Positions 29,676 to 40,082 of a DNA stretch of 64,000 nucleotides are shown here, piece by piece. Each line of letters starts with the position of its first letter. Position 1 is the stretch's first letter. Location: positions 1,632,001 through 1,696,000 of the forward strand of contig CAUVXB020000001.1 in assembly GCA_963555825.3 (NCBI GenBank), in the 5' to 3' direction. The position numbers and the translations under genes were made by a program. Origin of the DNA: Alphaproteobacteria bacterium. Lineage in GTDB: Bacteria; Pseudomonadota; Alphaproteobacteria; JAAXGF01. The notes beneath the pieces were generated by a model. It searched no databases. It had not been told where the DNA came from and saw only the letters and a list, made by a program, of their open reading frames with translations.

Positions 29676-30991
29676 GAGCTATAACCGAATCTTGTGTACG
29701 GCGTTGAAATGAAGGCGGCGTATCCTGGTGATTGTTGATGTCACCACTTGAGCTAAGCCAAGGAAGGATACGCCATGAAAGAGAATACCGTTGTTGCTTT
29801 TCAAAACCCATCTGATTTTCAGAAAGATCCGTTGACGGAAGTCCTACAAGCTGGAGCTCGCGAGTTGTTGGCCCAAGCCGTTGAGGCCGAGGTCTCCGTG
29901 TTTTTGGGTAGCCATGCGGCGCTTGTTGACGCCGCCGGCCGCCGCCGGGTTGTCCGCAATGGATATCTGCCGGAACGCTTCATCCAGACCGGGATCGGCC
30001 CGGTGAGCGTGCGCCAACCCCGTGTGCGGGACCGGGGGGACGGCGCCATCCGCTTCACGTCGGCGATCCTGCCGCGCTATCTGCGCCGCGCCAAGAGCCT
30101 GGAAGACCTTTTGCCATGGCTGTATCTGAAGGGCATTTCCACCGGCGACTTCGGGGAAGCCTTGGCGGCGCTCCTGGGGAGCTCCGCGCCGGGGCTTTCG
30201 GCCTCCACGATCACCCGGCTGAAAGAGGTCTGGGGGGTTGAGGCGGAGCGCTGGCAACGGCGCGACCTCACGGCCAAGCGCTACGTCTATTTCTGGGTGG
30301 ACGGCATCTATTTCAGCGCCCGCATGGAGGAAGAGAAGCAGTGCATCCTGGTGATCGTCGGGGCCACGGACAAGGGACAGAAGGAACTGATCGCCATCGC
30401 CGACGGCTATCGCGAAAGTGAGCAGTCCTGGCTCGAAGTTCTGCTCGATCTCAAGCGGCGCGGCCTTGAAATGGGTCCGCAACTGGCGCTCGGCGACGGC
30501 GCGCTCGGCTTCTGGAAGGCGCTCCGCCAAGTCTACCCAGGCGCCCGCGAGCAACGCTGCTGGGTTCACAAGACGGGCAACGTCTTGAACAAGCTGCCCA
30601 AGGGTCTGCAAAAGAAAGCCAAGGGGCGCCTGCAAGACATCTGGATGGCCGAAACCAGGAAGGATGCCGAGAGCGCCTTCGACTTCTTCCTGGAAGCCTA
30701 CGGGCCGAAGTACGACAAGGCCGCGGCCTGCCTGGCCAAGGACCGCGACGTCCTGCTGACGTTCTACGACTTCCCCGCCGAGCACTGGAAGCATGTACGC
30801 ACGACCAACCCCATCGAGAGCACGTTCGCCACGGTTCGTCTGCGCACCTACCGGACCAAGGGCTGCCTGTCGCGCAAGACGGCGATGGCCATGGTCTTCA
30901 AACTATGCCAGTGCGCTCAGAGAAAATGGAGAAAACTCGATGGATCGAACCATCTCGCCGAGATCATTCGCGGCGTCAAATTCGTAGATGG
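29676..30991 (+). mobile_element. IS256-family element A, copy 2, truncated at the 3' end by IS3 (tnp from 29775)
   Basis: Intact IRL GAGCTATAACCGAATCTTG; identical to copy 1 up to 30991. Confidence 0.9.
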
Positions 30992-31036
30992 TGAGTCGGA
31001 CCCGATTTCCTTGGACACAGAATTGGCTTAATCGAA

Positions 31037-31468
31037 GTGTCCAAGGAGGACCGGAACATGACCGACAATTTTGAGAACAAAGTTGCTGTTGATGGGCCTG
31101 TGGTAAACGAGGGCGAGCTTGGCTCGTCCACGTTTTCCCCGGGCCAGGTTTCGCCGGCAGGCCCGCTGGGACTTGGCCAGCGGTGGACGGTGACGCGCAA
31201 GCGTGAGGTTGCCCTGCGGCTTTTGCGTGGCGAGCCGGTGGAACTTTTGTCGCGGCAGTTGGGCGTGGAGATTTTCCGGCTCGAGCAGTGGCGTGAGAAG
31301 GCGATCGCCGGGATCGATGCCTCGCTCAAGGAACGCAAGGGCGATCCGGTGAAGGCGGAACTGGACATCGCCATGAAGCGGATCGGGGAGTTGATCATGC
31401 AGGTGGAACTGCTGGAGGCCAAGACGGAGACGTCCGGCCCTTTGGGGCGGCGGAGGTCGCGGCGATGA
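31037..31468 (+). CDS. IS3-X OrfA
   Basis: HTH; ATGA overlap with orfB. Confidence 0.8.
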   Translation: MSKEDRNMTDNFENKVAVDGPVVNEGELGSSTFSPGQVSPAGPLGLGQRWTVTRKREVALRLLRGEPVELLSRQLGVEIFRLEQWREKAIAGIDASLKERKGDPVKAELDIAMKRIGELIMQVELLEAKTETSGPLGRRRSRR

Positions 31469-32376
31469 GTGCCGCCACCTCTCCCGGCACGGGTTTGGCC
31501 TACGGCCTCCAGCGGGTCTGTGCGGCCTGGGGTTTTGCCCGTTCCTCGTTCTACGCCATGAAATCCCGGCAGCAGGCCACCGCTGAGCGCCCACCAGCAA
31601 AGCGCCGGGGACCGAAGCCCTCGATCTCGGACGAGGCTCTGCTGGTGGCCATCGAGGCCGACCTGGAGGCATCCCCCTGGGAGGGCGAGGGACACCGCAA
31701 GGTCTGGGCTCGGCTTCGGGTCTGTCGTGGCATCCGTGTTTCCCGCAAGCGGGGGCTCCGGGTGATGCGCGAGAACAACCTGCTCTCGCCCCATCGCTGC
31801 CGCCGCCGTGGCGGAAATCCCCATGTCGGTGAGATCATCACCCATGCCCCCAACCTCATGTGGGGCACGGACGGCGTTCGGGTGTTCACGGTGGACGACG
31901 GCTGGGGCTGGATATTCACCGCCATCGAGCATTGGAACGCCGAGTGCGTCGGCTGGCATGTGTGCAAGCGAGGCGACCGCTTCGCCGCCCTTCAGCCGAT
32001 CTCCATGGGGCTTGCGAGGCTGTATGCCTCGACCTCCGCCGGTGCGGCGCGGGGGCTGGCCTTGCGGATGGATCACGGCTCCCAGTATCTGTCGGACCAC
32101 TTCACCAACCAGATCAAGTTCTGGGGCATCCAGCCGTCCTACGCCTTCGTCGAACAGCCCCAGACCAACGGCGTCGCCGAGAGGTTCAATCGCACGCTCA
32201 AGGAACAGATCATCCATGGCCGCATCTACCGCAACATCGCGGAGCTGCGGAACGCCGTCCGCGGGTTCGTCGAACAGTACAATGCCCAGTGGATCGTGGA
32301 GAAGAACGGCTACCTGAGCCCCGCTCAAGCTCGTCAGGCGTGGCACACCGCGATGTCACTCAGGCCCGCCGCATGA
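31465..32376 (+). CDS. IS3-X OrfB integrase-core transposase
   Basis: WGTD, MDHGSQY and NGVAERFNRTLKE motifs. Confidence 0.9.
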   Translation: MSAATSPGTGLAYGLQRVCAAWGFARSSFYAMKSRQQATAERPPAKRRGPKPSISDEALLVAIEADLEASPWEGEGHRKVWARLRVCRGIRVSRKRGLRVMRENNLLSPHRCRRRGGNPHVGEIITHAPNLMWGTDGVRVFTVDDGWGWIFTAIEHWNAECVGWHVCKRGDRFAALQPISMGLARLYASTSAGAARGLALRMDHGSQYLSDHFTNQIKFWGIQPSYAFVEQPQTNGVAERFNRTLKEQIIHGRIYRNIAELRNAVRGFVEQYNAQWIVEKNGYLSPAQARQAWHTAMSLRPAA

Positions 32377-32419
32377 GACAAACTTGTGTCCAAGGAACCG
32401 GGTGCGATACAGCTCTGAT

Positions 32420-32673
32420 GAACTCGGCAATCGCAACCGGCTCCGAGATCACCGTGCCTTCAGAGACGATCTCGCCACTGCTATCGACCACGCAGATCGC
32501 GTTCAGGCGGCTTACGCGGCCTTCGGCCACGGTCCGCCCTCACCCTTGAGCGACACATCCATTCCAACATTCGGTTCCATAGCTGCTCTCCTGCTCTTTC
32601 GTTGCACTCGGACCGGCCCATGCCGGTCGTTGCTACATTAAGGAGAGCAGTGCCCGATCCCCGAGTTACGCCA
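32420..32673 (-). mobile_element. Degenerate inverted left end and transposase 5' fragment of a related IS110
   Basis: Reverse-complement similarity to 32826-33030; outer boundary approximate. Confidence 0.8.
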
Positions 32674-32917
32674 TGTGTAAGAACGCCGGCAAATCCCACT
32701 AACAGGAGAGTGTTCGGTCAATTCTTCGAAGGTGTCCTCTGATAAGATATTGATTTTGTTGAGTTTAGAAATTCGAGAATTCAGAGAAAATCGTGCCGAT
32801 AGCGCTCGGGGGCGGTTTTTACACATGGCGTAACTCGGGGATCGGGCACTGCTCTCCTTAATGTAGCAACGACCGGCATGGGCCGGGCGAGCACACTGAA
32901 AGAGCAGGAGAGCAGCT

Positions 32918-33949
32918 ATGGAACTGTATGTTGGAATGGATGTATCGCTCAAGGAGACCTCGATCTGCGTGGTCGATGACAACGGCGAGATCGTGTCCGA
33001 GGGCGTGGTGATCTCGGAGCCGGCGGCAATCGCGGCGTATATCAGGACAACGGCGCCGCACGCAAAGCGCATCGGTCTGGAGACCGGTCCGACGACGACC
33101 TGGCTGTGGCATGAGCTCAGGGCGCTCGGCTTGCCGGTGATCTGCATCGATGCGCGTCATGCCAAGGCGGCGCTGTCGATGCAGATCAACAAGAGCGACC
33201 GGAACGATGCCGCCGGGATCGCGCGGATCATGCAGTGCGGTTGGTACAAGGAGGTCCAAGTCAAGAGCGTGGCGTGCCACGAGATACGGGCCGTCCTGAA
33301 CAGCCGGGCCCAGTTGGTCAAGATCAAGCGTGATCTCGAGAACCAGATCCGTGGCTTGCTCAAGAACCTCGGCCTCGTCATCGGCAAGGCGGGCGGCAAT
33401 GTCTTCCGTCGCCGGGTCGAAGAGCTGCTTGGCGGGCAGGGTCTTTTGTCGGAGGCCGTTCGGCCCCTTCTGGAAGTCCGCGAGAAGGTCGGCCGAGAGA
33501 TCGCCGCGCTCTATCGCAAGCTGCTGGGCCTGGCGCGGAACGACGAGGACAGCAGACGTTCCATGACGGTTCCAGGCATCGGGCCGATCACCGCCTTGGC
33601 CTTCCACTCGGCGATCGACGAGCCGAGCCGCTTCCGACGTTCCCGGAGTGTCGGCGCGTACATCGGGCTGACGCCGCGCCGCCATGCTTCCGGCGAGGTC
33701 GATTGGACGGGGCGGATCTCCAAATGCGGCGATCGAATGCTCAGGACCTACCTCTTCGAGGCGGCCGGCGTGCTGCTCACCCGGGTGCCGCGATGGTGCG
33801 CGCTCAAGGCCTGGGGTCACAGGTTGTGGAAACGCATCGGCTTCAAGAAGGCCAAGATCGCCGTGGCACGGAAGCTGGCGGTCATCCTCCATCGCATGTG
33901 GCGTGATGGAACGGACTTCATCTGGTCAACCAAGGAGGCGGCCGCATAG
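32918..33949 (+). CDS. IS110-family DEDD recombinase
   Basis: YVGMDVS, IGLETG, KSDRNDA, VPGIG and SG.....GRISKCG motifs. Confidence 0.95.
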   Translation: MELYVGMDVSLKETSICVVDDNGEIVSEGVVISEPAAIAAYIRTTAPHAKRIGLETGPTTTWLWHELRALGLPVICIDARHAKAALSMQINKSDRNDAAGIARIMQCGWYKEVQVKSVACHEIRAVLNSRAQLVKIKRDLENQIRGLLKNLGLVIGKAGGNVFRRRVEELLGGQGLLSEAVRPLLEVREKVGREIAALYRKLLGLARNDEDSRRSMTVPGIGPITALAFHSAIDEPSRFRRSRSVGAYIGLTPRRHASGEVDWTGRISKCGDRMLRTYLFEAAGVLLTRVPRWCALKAWGHRLWKRIGFKKAKIAVARKLAVILHRMWRDGTDFIWSTKEAAA

Positions 33950-33954
33950 GGAAA

Positions 33955-34165
33955 CAACGTCCAAGCATTCCGCGAGAGCGGAACCGATGTCCCTGTCGGG
34001 ACGGCGGCGTCGGCGAGATCGATCCAGGCTTTGCGATGCCTCACCGAGGCAAGCGCGCTTCACACATTGATCCGCCAACGTCCTCCAACGCCATCATGCG
34101 GAGGGCCGAGCCCCTACCGCGGAGAGAACAGTGAACCCGGCAGGTACGTCACGGAGAGCTTGACA
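33955..34165 (+). ncRNA. Putative bridge/seek RNA of the IS1111 element
   Basis: Non-coding, hairpin-rich; carries segments matching the target (AGGCT, TTCACACA) and the donor junction (ACGCCAT, AGAGAACA); ends approximate. Confidence 0.65.
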
Positions 34166-34216
34166 ACCAACCCCCGAGTTAGAGAACAACCAACCCCCGA
34201 GTTAGAGAACAGCCTA

Positions 34217-35395
34217 GTGTCCTGATCGATAAATTGATATGATTATGTCTCTATTTGTTTTTAGGAGGCGCGATTGATGGCGAGAGTGGCGGTGACGATC
34301 TCTTTGAGCGATGACGAGCGCGCCGAATTGGAGGCGCTGTCTCGTCGTCGCAAGACGTCGCAGGGGCTTGCGCGGCGGGCTCGGATCGTCTTGGCGGCGG
34401 CGGAAGGGTTGGAGAACAAGGAGATCGCCGTTCGTCTCGAGGCGAGCGCGGACACCGTGGGCAAGTGGCGTCGCCGCTATGCGGCGGAGGGCCTCGACGG
34501 TCTGTACGACGAACCCCGCCCCGGCGCGCCGCGTCAAATCGGCGATGACGCCATCGCGGAAGCGGTCCGGCTGACGCTGGAAGAGACGCCGCCGGACGCG
34601 ACCCATTGGAGCCTTCGCTCGATGGCGCGGGCGAGCGGCCACGCGCCCTCGACCATTCATCGCATCTGGCGGGCCTTCGGCTTGCAGCCGCATCGCTCGG
34701 AGACCTTCAAGCTGTCGAGCGATCCCTTCTTCGTGGAGAAGGTCCGCGACATCGTCGGTCTGTATTTGGCGCCGCCGGATCGTGCCCTGGTTCTCTGTGT
34801 CGACGAAAAGAGCCAGATCCAGGCCCTGGACCGTTCCCAGCCCCTCTTGCCGATGCGCCCCGGGCAGGCGGAGCGGCGCAGCCACGACTACAAGCGCCAC
34901 GGCACGACCTCTCTCTTCGCGGCCCTCGACATCGCCACGGGAGAGATCATCGGCAAATGTTTCCCGCGCCATCGGGCCCGAGAGTTCCGCAAATTCCTCG
35001 ACCTCGTCGAGGCGAACGTCCCTGCTGATCTCGACATCCACATCGTCATGGACAACTACGGGACCCACAAGACCAAGGCGATCCGCGACTGGTTCGCCAA
35101 ACGGCCGCGCTGGCAGGCCCATTTCACACCCACCAGCGCCTCCTGGCTGAACCAGGTCGAGCGCTGGTTCGGGCTGCTGACCGACAAGCAGATCAGGCGC
35201 GGCGTCCATCGCTCCACCAAGGAGTTGGAGCGCACCATCCTCGACTACATCGACACGACAAACCAGAACCCCAAACCCTTCAAATGGACCAAATCCGCCG
35301 ATGACATCCTCGGCGCCATCCAGCGCTTCTGCCTCCGAACAATCGAAATCGCTGAACAGCAGGCGAAAATCATGCGAACTTCGGAATCGGGACAC
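34217..35395 (+). mobile_element. IS630-family element B, copy 1
   Basis: GTGTCC/GGACAC ends; TA duplication within CTAG. Confidence 0.92.
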
Positions 35396-35398
35396 TAG
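34277..35398 (+). CDS. IS630-family transposase
   Basis: [17 protein letters not shown] and [10 protein letters not shown] motifs. Confidence 0.93.
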   Translation: MARVAVTISLSDDERAELEALSRRRKTSQGLARRARIVLAAAEGLENKEIAVRLEASADTVGKWRRRYAAEGLDGLYDEPRPGAPRQIGDDAIAEAVRLTLEETPPDATHWSLRSMARASGHAPSTIHRIWRAFGLQPHRSETFKLSSDPFFVEKVRDIVGLYLAPPDRALVLCVDEKSQIQALDRSQPLLPMRPGQAERRSHDYKRHGTTSLFAALDIATGEIIGKCFPRHRAREFRKFLDLVEANVPADLDIHIVMDNYGTHKTKAIRDWFAKRPRWQAHFTPTSASWLNQVERWFGLLTDKQIRRGVHRSTKELERTILDYIDTTNQNPKPFKWTKSADDILGAIQRFCLRTIEIAEQQAKIMRTSESGH

Positions 35399-35700
35399 AC
35401 CCAGAGCGGAGTAACGGTAGGGCGACATGATTAAAAATGGCGACAGCACAGAGACCCGCTCAAGTGCCGCGCGCGTGTCTATGGAATTCATCGCCCGCAT
35501 GGTCGAGCGTCATCGCCCGCCAAGGCTGCGGATGGGGATTCGGTTGATGAATGGCATGCCGATTGCGAGGGCAGGAGCACGATTCCGGATTGAATGCGCC
35601 AAGGCGGACAACCACCCCTCGCGCGGGGGTGGCGAGTAGGACGAGCCTTTTACCGCCTTCTACTACGTCGATTGTGCCGGCGGTGTGATCGGCGCAAAGA

Positions 35701-35735
35701 GAAGCCCGCGCCGAGGTAGGCTAGGCGCGGGCTTC
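35701..35735. terminator. GC-rich hairpin, possible terminator
   Basis: GAAGCCCGCGCC...GGCGCGGGCTTC 12-bp stem downstream of the XRE gene. Confidence 0.5.
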
Positions 35736-35858
35736 CCTGCCGCGCGGCCCATGGCTTCCAAACATGACCACGCGGCGGTGACAGGATAGCAGACGCCGAC
35801 GTCGATATTTGACTTTCTCGCTTGGCACAACGCCTCTATGGGCGTGTCCCGAATAGCG

Positions 35859-36443
35859 TCAGCGATCCGCCAACTTCTCAGCAGCGCCCGGATAGCCCAC
35901 GGCCGCCAGCGCCTCTAAATCAGCCTTGCTCTTTCGGCCTCTCTTTTTCAGCACGGCTAACGCCACCTTGCCGACCTTCGTGCGGCCATCAATCTTGGTC
36001 CTATCAAACTCTATTGCTTGAACCGGCGGTGCCCGCCGGCGGCCCGCAACCGATGACTGACCCAACTTGGCGGCAGCCTGGGTGAGCTTACGGATACTGT
36101 CCCTCACGGCGGGATCGGAAATAGCGTAGTAGGCCCGCACGAGTTCCAGCGTCTCGCGCTTGGTCAATTGTTCGTCACGCGGTGGTGCATTCTTGCCCGG
36201 TTCCATCCCTTCATAGAAATATGTCACGGGCACGCCGAATAGCTGAGCCAGCTCATATAGCCGACTCGCGCTAATGCGATTGTGGCCCCTCTCATATTTC
36301 TGCAATTGCTGGAATGTAAGGCCCAGCTTTTCGGCAACCGCCGTCTGACTCATACCTTCCAAGGTGCGGCGTTCTCGTGCTCTGCGTCCGACGAGCACGT
36401 CCACCGGATGCGGACCATCCTTCGCAACTGTACGTCGCGTCAT
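35859..36443 (-). CDS. XRE-family HTH regulator
   Basis: HPVDVLVG.R...G.SQ...GLTFQQLQKYERG.NRISASRL motif. Confidence 0.88.
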   Translation of the reverse strand: MTRRTVAKDGPHPVDVLVGRRARERRTLEGMSQTAVAEKLGLTFQQLQKYERGHNRISASRLYELAQLFGVPVTYFYEGMEPGKNAPPRDEQLTKRETLELVRAYYAISDPAVRDSIRKLTQAAAKLGQSSVAGRRRAPPVQAIEFDRTKIDGRTKVGKVALAVLKKRGRKSKADLEALAAVGYPGAAEKLADR

Positions 36444-36815
36444 GCTACTTCCCCCAAAAGAACAACCAGTCTATACCACGTAATACCGCCGGCTGTATCG
36501 AAAGGAAAGGCCTGTGTGCAAGAGATACTCGCCAGGCCCATGAATTCAGCGGGCCACGAGCAGATTGGTGATTTGGCTCAGCGCCCCCTCTATCTTCAGC
36601 TGTGCGCGTTCGTCGTCTGACGCGCGACGCTGGGTGAACGAGCCGTCCATGTTCCGGGTGATCGTCGCGAAATCGCCGGGCGGGCCGGCGAAGGTGCCGC
36701 CGGCGGTCTGGCTCAGGAACACCGTCAGCGGCTGGAACGCCGACGTCGAGCTGGTGCCGACCTCCGGATCGGGCGCGGTTACAGCAATTTGGTTTGTCAC
36801 GCGTATCACGCGGTC

Positions 36816-36831
36816 TGTGAAGTGCTTCACA
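36816..36831. promoter_or_regulatory. CRP-type binding site TGTGA-AGTGCT-TCACA
   Basis: Perfect consensus ~320 bp upstream of the adenylate cyclase gene. Confidence 0.6.
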
Positions 36832-39800
36832 TTTGTGGACATTTGATCGCGCGTGACTCACCCTGGGATAGAGCGCGCCGTGTATCGGGGTAAGAGATCT
36901 GCTCAACCAACAGCAGCGCCACCGATACGTTCGGACGATGCCATCGGATCGGCTTGGGCAGCGTTTGCCTGAAGGGTGAGTCTCTGGTTTAGGTTGCGCA
37001 TGCGCCGGCGAAGCCGAATACTGGGAGTTTCGGGGTCATCTTGTTTCGAAGTCGTGGCCCCGCCATCGAGCGATTGCTCCGTGTTTTTTCACGCTTTCGT
37101 GAGATGGGGGGCCGCAGGCGCGTATTACAATTGAGGCGCTGCCTATGCTGTGGGGGCTAGGGCGGAGAACAACTCAGTGTCGAGGAGGACACACGGTGCT
37201 GTTGGGGACGGGGTGGATGACCGGCGCCGGTCACCCGCGGCAGCGACCGTACGCGACCAGGGTCACGCGCCGTATTCGGTAGTAGACAATCCGTTCGAGC
37301 CGTTCGACGGTGAGCGGAAATTCGCCTCCGTGTTGTTCGCCGATATCGTCAAGTCGTCCGCCATGGTCTCGGGTCGCGATCCCGAACAGGCGAACGATTT
37401 GCTCATGCCTGTCCTGCAGTTGTTGATCAATTCGGCTCACCAGTTTGGCGGCACTGTCACCCTGGTCCTCGGCGACGGGATCATGGTCGTGTTCGGCGCG
37501 CCAATCGCGCAATAAGACCACGCGATCCGGGCGTGTCTCGCGGCCGACGGGATGCAGAATGCCATCCGCCTGGCCTTCGGTGCGGGGCCGCCGCCGGCGG
37601 GTCCGCCGATCGCGATTCGGGTCGGGCTCAATTCGGGCGAGGTCGTGATACAGACCGTCGAGAACGACCTGTCGGCCGAGTATCGGGTCGCCGGCGAGAC
37701 CATGTACATCGCCGCGCGCATGGAGAAGGCGGCCGGGCCCGGCGTAACGCTGCTATCCGAGGAAACCTTGAAGCTGGCCGCGCGTTGGGTCGAGGCCAGC
37801 CGGGCCGGGCGCTTCGCGTTGACCGCGGGCGCGCGCAGAGTGACCGCCTTCGAGCTCGAACGCGTCACGCGCGACAAGACCGTCTTGCGCCACGCGTTGC
37901 CGCCGCGGATGGACGTCTTCGTCGGCCGGGACGACGACATCGAGTTCATGCACGACGTCCTGCGAAGCGTCGAGAACGGAGACGGCAAGGCGTTGGTCGT
38001 CACGGGCGAGGCCGGCGTCGGCAAGTCTCGGCTGGTTCATGAGTTTCTCCGATCCGGCCGCGCCGACCAACACCACGTAATCGAATGTGCGCTGTTGCCG
38101 GCCGGCCTCGTGCAACCGCTGGAGCCGCTGACCCGCATCGTCGGCAGTCTGATGGCCATCGAGCCGGACGCGACGGCCGCAACGATCTCGGCCAAGGCGT
38201 CGAGGCTTCTGGATTCGCTGGACATCGCCGACGACATTGCCGTGCCGGCCGTCCTCGGTATTTTCGACGTTCCGCACGGTTCGCCGTCGTGGTTGGCTTT
38301 GGATCCACCCGAGCGGCTCGGCGCCATGATCGACACGGCGACCCGGATCATCCTCGCGGCGAGCCGCCTGAGGCCGGTCGTCATCGTATTCGATGACTTT
38401 CATTGGGCCGACTCGGAGACGCGGCTGCTCGCCGAGGAGCTGGCCAGCCGTCTGGCGTCGTCACGGGTCCTGCTGGCCATCACCTCGCGCAGGCCTCACG
38501 GCGAGGACCATATCGATTGGCCGGGCGCGATCGAACACCGGTTGGGCCGTTTGACGGCGCGGCAGAGCGCCGAGCTGTTACAATCCCTGCTCGGCGACGC
38601 CGCCGATCTGGACGATCTGAAGGAGCTGTTGGTCAAGACCACCCAAGGCATTCCCTTCTTCATCGAAGAGTGCGTCCGGACGCTGGTCGAGACCGGAGCG
38701 TTGCGCGGCGCCGAGGGCGCCTATCGCCCGCAGGTTCCGATCGAGAGCCTGCAGATGCCGCTGAGCGTCCACGCCGTGCTGGCGGCGCGCATCGACTCGC
38801 TGCCGCGGGTCGATCGGTCCGTGCTGCTGTCCGCCTCGGTCGTCGGCCAGAATTTCGACGTCGGCCTGCTCCGCGACATCACCGACTTATCGGCCGAGGA
38901 ACTGATCGTTCGGCTCGATCGCTTGCGGGCCGCGGGGTTCGTTCAAAACACCAGTATCCTACCCAACCTCGAGTACAGCTTTGGGCACGCGCTGATCCAC
39001 GACGTCGCGTACCGCACCCTACTGAAGCGCCAACGGCGCGCCCTGCACGGCCGGCTCGTCGGCGCGATCAGGAAGCGCCGCACCGAGCAGCTCTCGGGCA
39101 AGATCGAGCTGCTCGCTTACCACGCGTACCGCGCCGAAGCGTGGCCCCAGGCGGCCGTCTACGGCCGCATGGCCGGCCAGAAGGCACAGTCGAAATCACG
39201 CAATCGGGAAGCGGCCGATTTCTTCGACAAAGCACTTCAGGCGTTGGACCAGCTTCCCCGAACGCGGAAGAACACGGAACGTTCGATCGACACTCGGCTC
39301 GAGCTGGCCCAGTCGCGCTTCCCGCTTGGAAAGAAAGATCAGGTTCATTTCGACCTCGTTGAAGCGGAGAATTTGGCCAAGGGTCTAGGTGACCACACCG
39401 GCTCGCAGAGATCTCATCAAGCAGGACTCTCTATCACTGGATAAATTGCGACCTTCAAGAAGCGGTTCGTACGGCCGAAAGCGCTCTCGATATCGCAGGC
39501 AGGCTCGACGACGTCGAACTCCACGTCTCGACCGCCGTGCGGCTAGGTGCGCTACTGGTGGACGTCGGTGATTATGAGCGGGCCTGCCAATTACTTGAGA
39601 TCGCTATTAGAAAAATTCCTGACGATGCGATTGACAATCGCTTTGGATTGCTTGCTGCCGCATCGGTTGCCTGTCGAGCGACATTGGCGCGGAGTTTAGG
39701 GGAGCTTGGCCGATTCGACGAGGCCATTCAGGTTGGCGACGAAGCCATAAGGATCGCTGATGAAGTCGGACATGCATTCAGTCAATTATATGCTCTTATG

Positions 39801-40082
39801 CATGCTGCCGCCGTTCTTCTGATCAAAGGGGGCTTTGAACAGAGCCTACCCCTCTTGGAGCGGAGCCTCGAACTGTGTGAATCGACGCGATCGAAACTCC
39901 TCGTTCCACAAGTAGCCAGTTCCTTGGGCTATGCCTATGTGCGAACAGACCAAGTTTCGCGAGGGCTTGCGCTCATGGAGGAAGCGGCGACAAGAGCCGA
40001 CAGACAACGTGATTTCGGCACGCACTGCCGACAGTTTTTGCGGTTGGCTGAGGCATACCTTTCAGCTGGACAGACAGATAAA

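Larger units (their letters stand above)
30992..32411 (+). mobile_element. IS3-family element X, copy 1
   Basis: Ends TGAGTCGGACCCGATTTCCTTGGACAC / GTGTCCAAGGAACCGGGTGCGATACA. Confidence 0.9.
32826..34209 (+). mobile_element. IS110-family, IS1111-type element
   Basis: Sub-terminal IRs TAACTCGGGG / CCCCGAGTTA 5 bp from each end; CA core on both sides; long 3' non-coding region. Confidence 0.85.
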
